A DNA stretch of 64,000 nt from Macrostomum lignano (Eukaryota). Positions 61,089-64,000 of the stretch are shown piece after piece. The notes under the pieces are model-generated. The model saw nothing but the letters and a program-made list of their open reading frames with translations, was not told where the DNA came from and made no database searches. The position numbers were made by a program, and so were the translations under genes. How positions within the stretch are numbered: the stretch's first letter is position 1; every line of letters starts with the position of its first letter. The stretch spans positions 1 through 64,000 of the forward strand of contig NIVC01003400.1 of NCBI GenBank assembly GCA_002269645.1, read 5' to 3'.

Positions 61089-62899
61089 AGCCTTGGTTTT
61101 AACCACAGATACTAGAATAACTGGATGGGCCGCTCAGCACATTTGCGTGTGAGCTGCTTTCAGTTCAGTAGTAGCTTAAACTGAAGCATTTTAATGTATT
61201 TTTAAAGCCAAGGCCCATTTATTGGCTCTCACCCTCCCCCCCAGCTTAAACCTTGCAACCGCGCCTTTCCACACTACCCCCCGCCCCACCCCAATTTTTA
61301 TTGCCTTTCTCGGAATTCCAGCCTAAAGCTGCCATGTACATTTCAGTGGACTGGCTAATGTACATTACTGAACCAATTAGCAAGTTGTTTACGCCTGCAA
61401 GCTTGGGCTTCTAAACTTATCAAAGACATTTTAGCTGATTTTATTTATATAAAATAGCTTATATATTCTTCTTTGCTACTGAACTGAAAGTGGCTTGCAC
61501 GCGGGTGTGCTGAGTGGCCCATGCAGTTGTTCTGGTATCTGTTGGTTTCAACTTTGGGAAGCTGCAAGTTTGACAGTCGGTCAAATTGTTTAGTTTATGA
61601 TCGAATCTCAGGCTAGATAAGCCACTGATAGGTGATAAAGCACAGCTCTCGGCCATAAACAATAAAGCCATCAAACCGACCGCTCGCAATTTTAAGCTGC
61701 CACTCTCCCACAGGCCAAAGCCAACTGACTAAGGCTCTGCTCTCTGGTTAAAAAAACAAGCAAAGTAGAGAATTTCAAAACATATTTATGAAAGGCAGAC
61801 AATTTGATTTTACCTGTGTCTAAATAAAGACAAAAGTAAGTATATAATCGGATAAAATTTCGGTTTAAAGAGTCTGTTTATATGCACATAGACGTCAAAA
61901 TATTCTAGAATATTCTACACCTTTTCACGTTCAATTTTGATCAAAGTGCAGTTCTAAAAAAACTAGCGGAAATTCAATTCAGACGATTCAGACTGGGTAC
62001 AATTTTGTCTATGGCTAAACCTTGCCTTGGTGGCAGAATGTTTTGAACTGAGGTTTGTTTCTATTGATTTTCCGTAAGCGTTGCCCCAGTCTGAATTGTC
62101 TGAATTCGATGTTGTCTGCGAGATAGATAGTAAGTCTGGAAGTCTCTCAATTCAGTGGATAATTAGGCATGGGTTTCGACCATAGACTAAAGCTTCTCTC
62201 TGACTAGCTCTTAAGCTTGGCATCTATTTGAGCGCAAACTGCTCAAAGTCGCATTATTGAGCTCCTATTGTTAAGTGGTTATGGCTATTAAGCTTAATGT
62301 ATATTCCGCTCCACATGTAGTTTATTTTCTTCTTAGCAGCTAATCTTGTCTGCTAAGGACTTCTAAATTTGTATTTTTCGTTCTTTTATACTCCAGAATA
62401 CTACTTAGTAAGTAGTTTAAACTTCGCACTTGATAAAATATACTTAAGGCAGTGATGTTTGATACTGTTTTGGGTGTTGGGACTTTTCTGTTTTGATCCG
62501 TTTGTTGGATGAAAATTTCATGCATGTAAAAAATGGTGAAGGTCCATGGCCATCAGTCATTCGCCACAGGTTATTTTTGCATATATATTTGTATATTTTA
62601 CCTCATCTAAATTCGATATATTGTTTCATTGCTGGTTCGATAATTATTTTTGAAATACTTTAACTTTGCTATCACACGCGCGGCCATATTAAACAGTTAT
62701 TGCCGCGACCGAATTCTGTTTATTTTGTCATCCCTGTCTTAAAAATGCCCAGAAAGTTTGAATTTTCAGACTTCTCAATACACTTTGTTGAAGCTTCTGT
62801 GCGCTTAGATTTGCTCCTTCTTTACGGGCATGCAGACTACTCGCTTTTTTTAAATTGGTTAGAATATGATGTAATAAATAGATTGGTAGATTGGTAGAC

Positions 62900-62903
62900 A
62901 GAC

Positions 62904-62959
<56 letters not shown>

Positions 62960-62960
62960 T

Positions 62961-63011
<51 letters not shown>

Positions 63012-63012
63012 T

Positions 63013-63066
<54 letters not shown>

Positions 63067-63083
63067 AAAAAGATAGATAGATT

Positions 63084-63125
<42 letters not shown>

Positions 63126-63127
63126 AA

Positions 63128-63188
<61 letters not shown>

Positions 63189-63190
63189 AA

Positions 63191-63239
<49 letters not shown>

Positions 63240-63272
63240 AAAAAGATAGATAGATTGATAGATAGATAGATA

Positions 63273-63307
<35 letters not shown>

Positions 63308-63355
63308 AGACCGACAGACCGACAGATAGACAGGCAGGCAGGCAGGCAGGCAGGC

Positions 63356-63424
<69 letters not shown>

Positions 63425-63458
63425 GGCAGGCAGACAGACAGGCAGGCAGGCAGGCAGG

Positions 63459-63510
<52 letters not shown>

Positions 63511-63512
63511 TA
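62900..63512. repeat. Compound (GATA)/(GATT)/(GGCA)/(GACA) microsatellite
   Basis: Direct reading. Confidence 0.97.
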
Positions 63513-63563
63513 AGTAAGCCGCTTGTGCCCACCACCGCAGCCAATCGCTGAGCCCGGACAGAG

Positions 63564-63791
63564 ATGGCCCGCGGTCACCAGAAGATCCAGTCGCAGCAGA
63601 AAAACGCTGAGAAGAAAGCCGCAATGAAAAAGTCGCAAGGCTCTGACCAGAAGAAGGCAGCTCAGAAAGCTCTGGTGTACACCTGCACCGTGTGCAAGGC
63701 TCAGATCGGGGACATCAAGACCTACAAGATGCACTTCGAGGCCAAGCACCCCAAGATGGAGCTGCCAGCCGACCTCAAAGATGTGGAGTGA
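63564..63791 (+). CDS. znf706: Zinc finger protein 706 (4F5/SERF-like N-terminus plus C2H2), intronless
   Basis: MARGHQKIQSQQKNA...DQKKAAQKALVYTCTVCKAQ..D.KTYK.HFE.KHPK.ELP. Confidence 0.95.
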   Translation: MARGHQKIQSQQKNAEKKAAMKKSQGSDQKKAAQKALVYTCTVCKAQIGDIKTYKMHFEAKHPKMELPADLKDVE

Positions 63792-64000
63792 GAGGCTTGG
63801 AAATTTTGTCGGGCTATCGGGAGGTCCGAGTGACTGAGTCCGGTTATCCAGACATTGCCGTCTATATAGTGTACTTCTGTGATCCATTACTAGAGGCCGA
63901 TTATATTTTCCTATAAAAACTTTGAGCCCTAGGTATTGAAAAATTAAAGCAGCCAGAATTACCGCTTTGTGGGCCATTTATCCTATACTTTTAAACACAT

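Noticed and set aside
61459-61689. 76-aa ORF with a hydrophobic N-terminus
   Set aside because: Non-ATG start, no recognisable motif and no splice support.

Overview
Eukaryotic (animal) genomic DNA. GC-rich, often intronless genes sit among many unrelated mini- and microsatellites and TE remnants. The style is consistent with a macrostomid flatworm such as Macrostomum, but that is inference only. Supported genes: three EcKL/CHK-like kinase copies (two head-to-head, each with an apparent 1-nt frameshift, and one 5'-truncated), a Tctex1-domain dynein light chain, SPATA6-like, an Id/emc-type HLH protein, a 3-RRM ELAV/Sxl-like protein, MRI1, an MPP7-like MAGUK, NDUFC2, a cystatin and ZNF706. Two spliced genes that the ORF track does not show as intact ORFs were rebuilt by hand: a 170-aa MGC-start protein with a FAMeT-like (Methyltransf_FA) domain, and a 71-aa secreted peptide precursor ending in Gly-stop. 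Mobile DNA: a 5'-truncated Penelope-like element with a minimal hammerhead ribozyme, inserted sense in an intron between two related minisatellites; a tRNA-derived CORE-like SINE; two nested TIR elements with exact 8-bp TSDs; a foldback MITE; and a hAT remnant. There is also an interstitial (TAAACCC)n plant-type telomere-like array. Most long ORFs in the track are artefacts of tandem repeats. No CRISPR array, rRNA or intact tRNA gene was seen.
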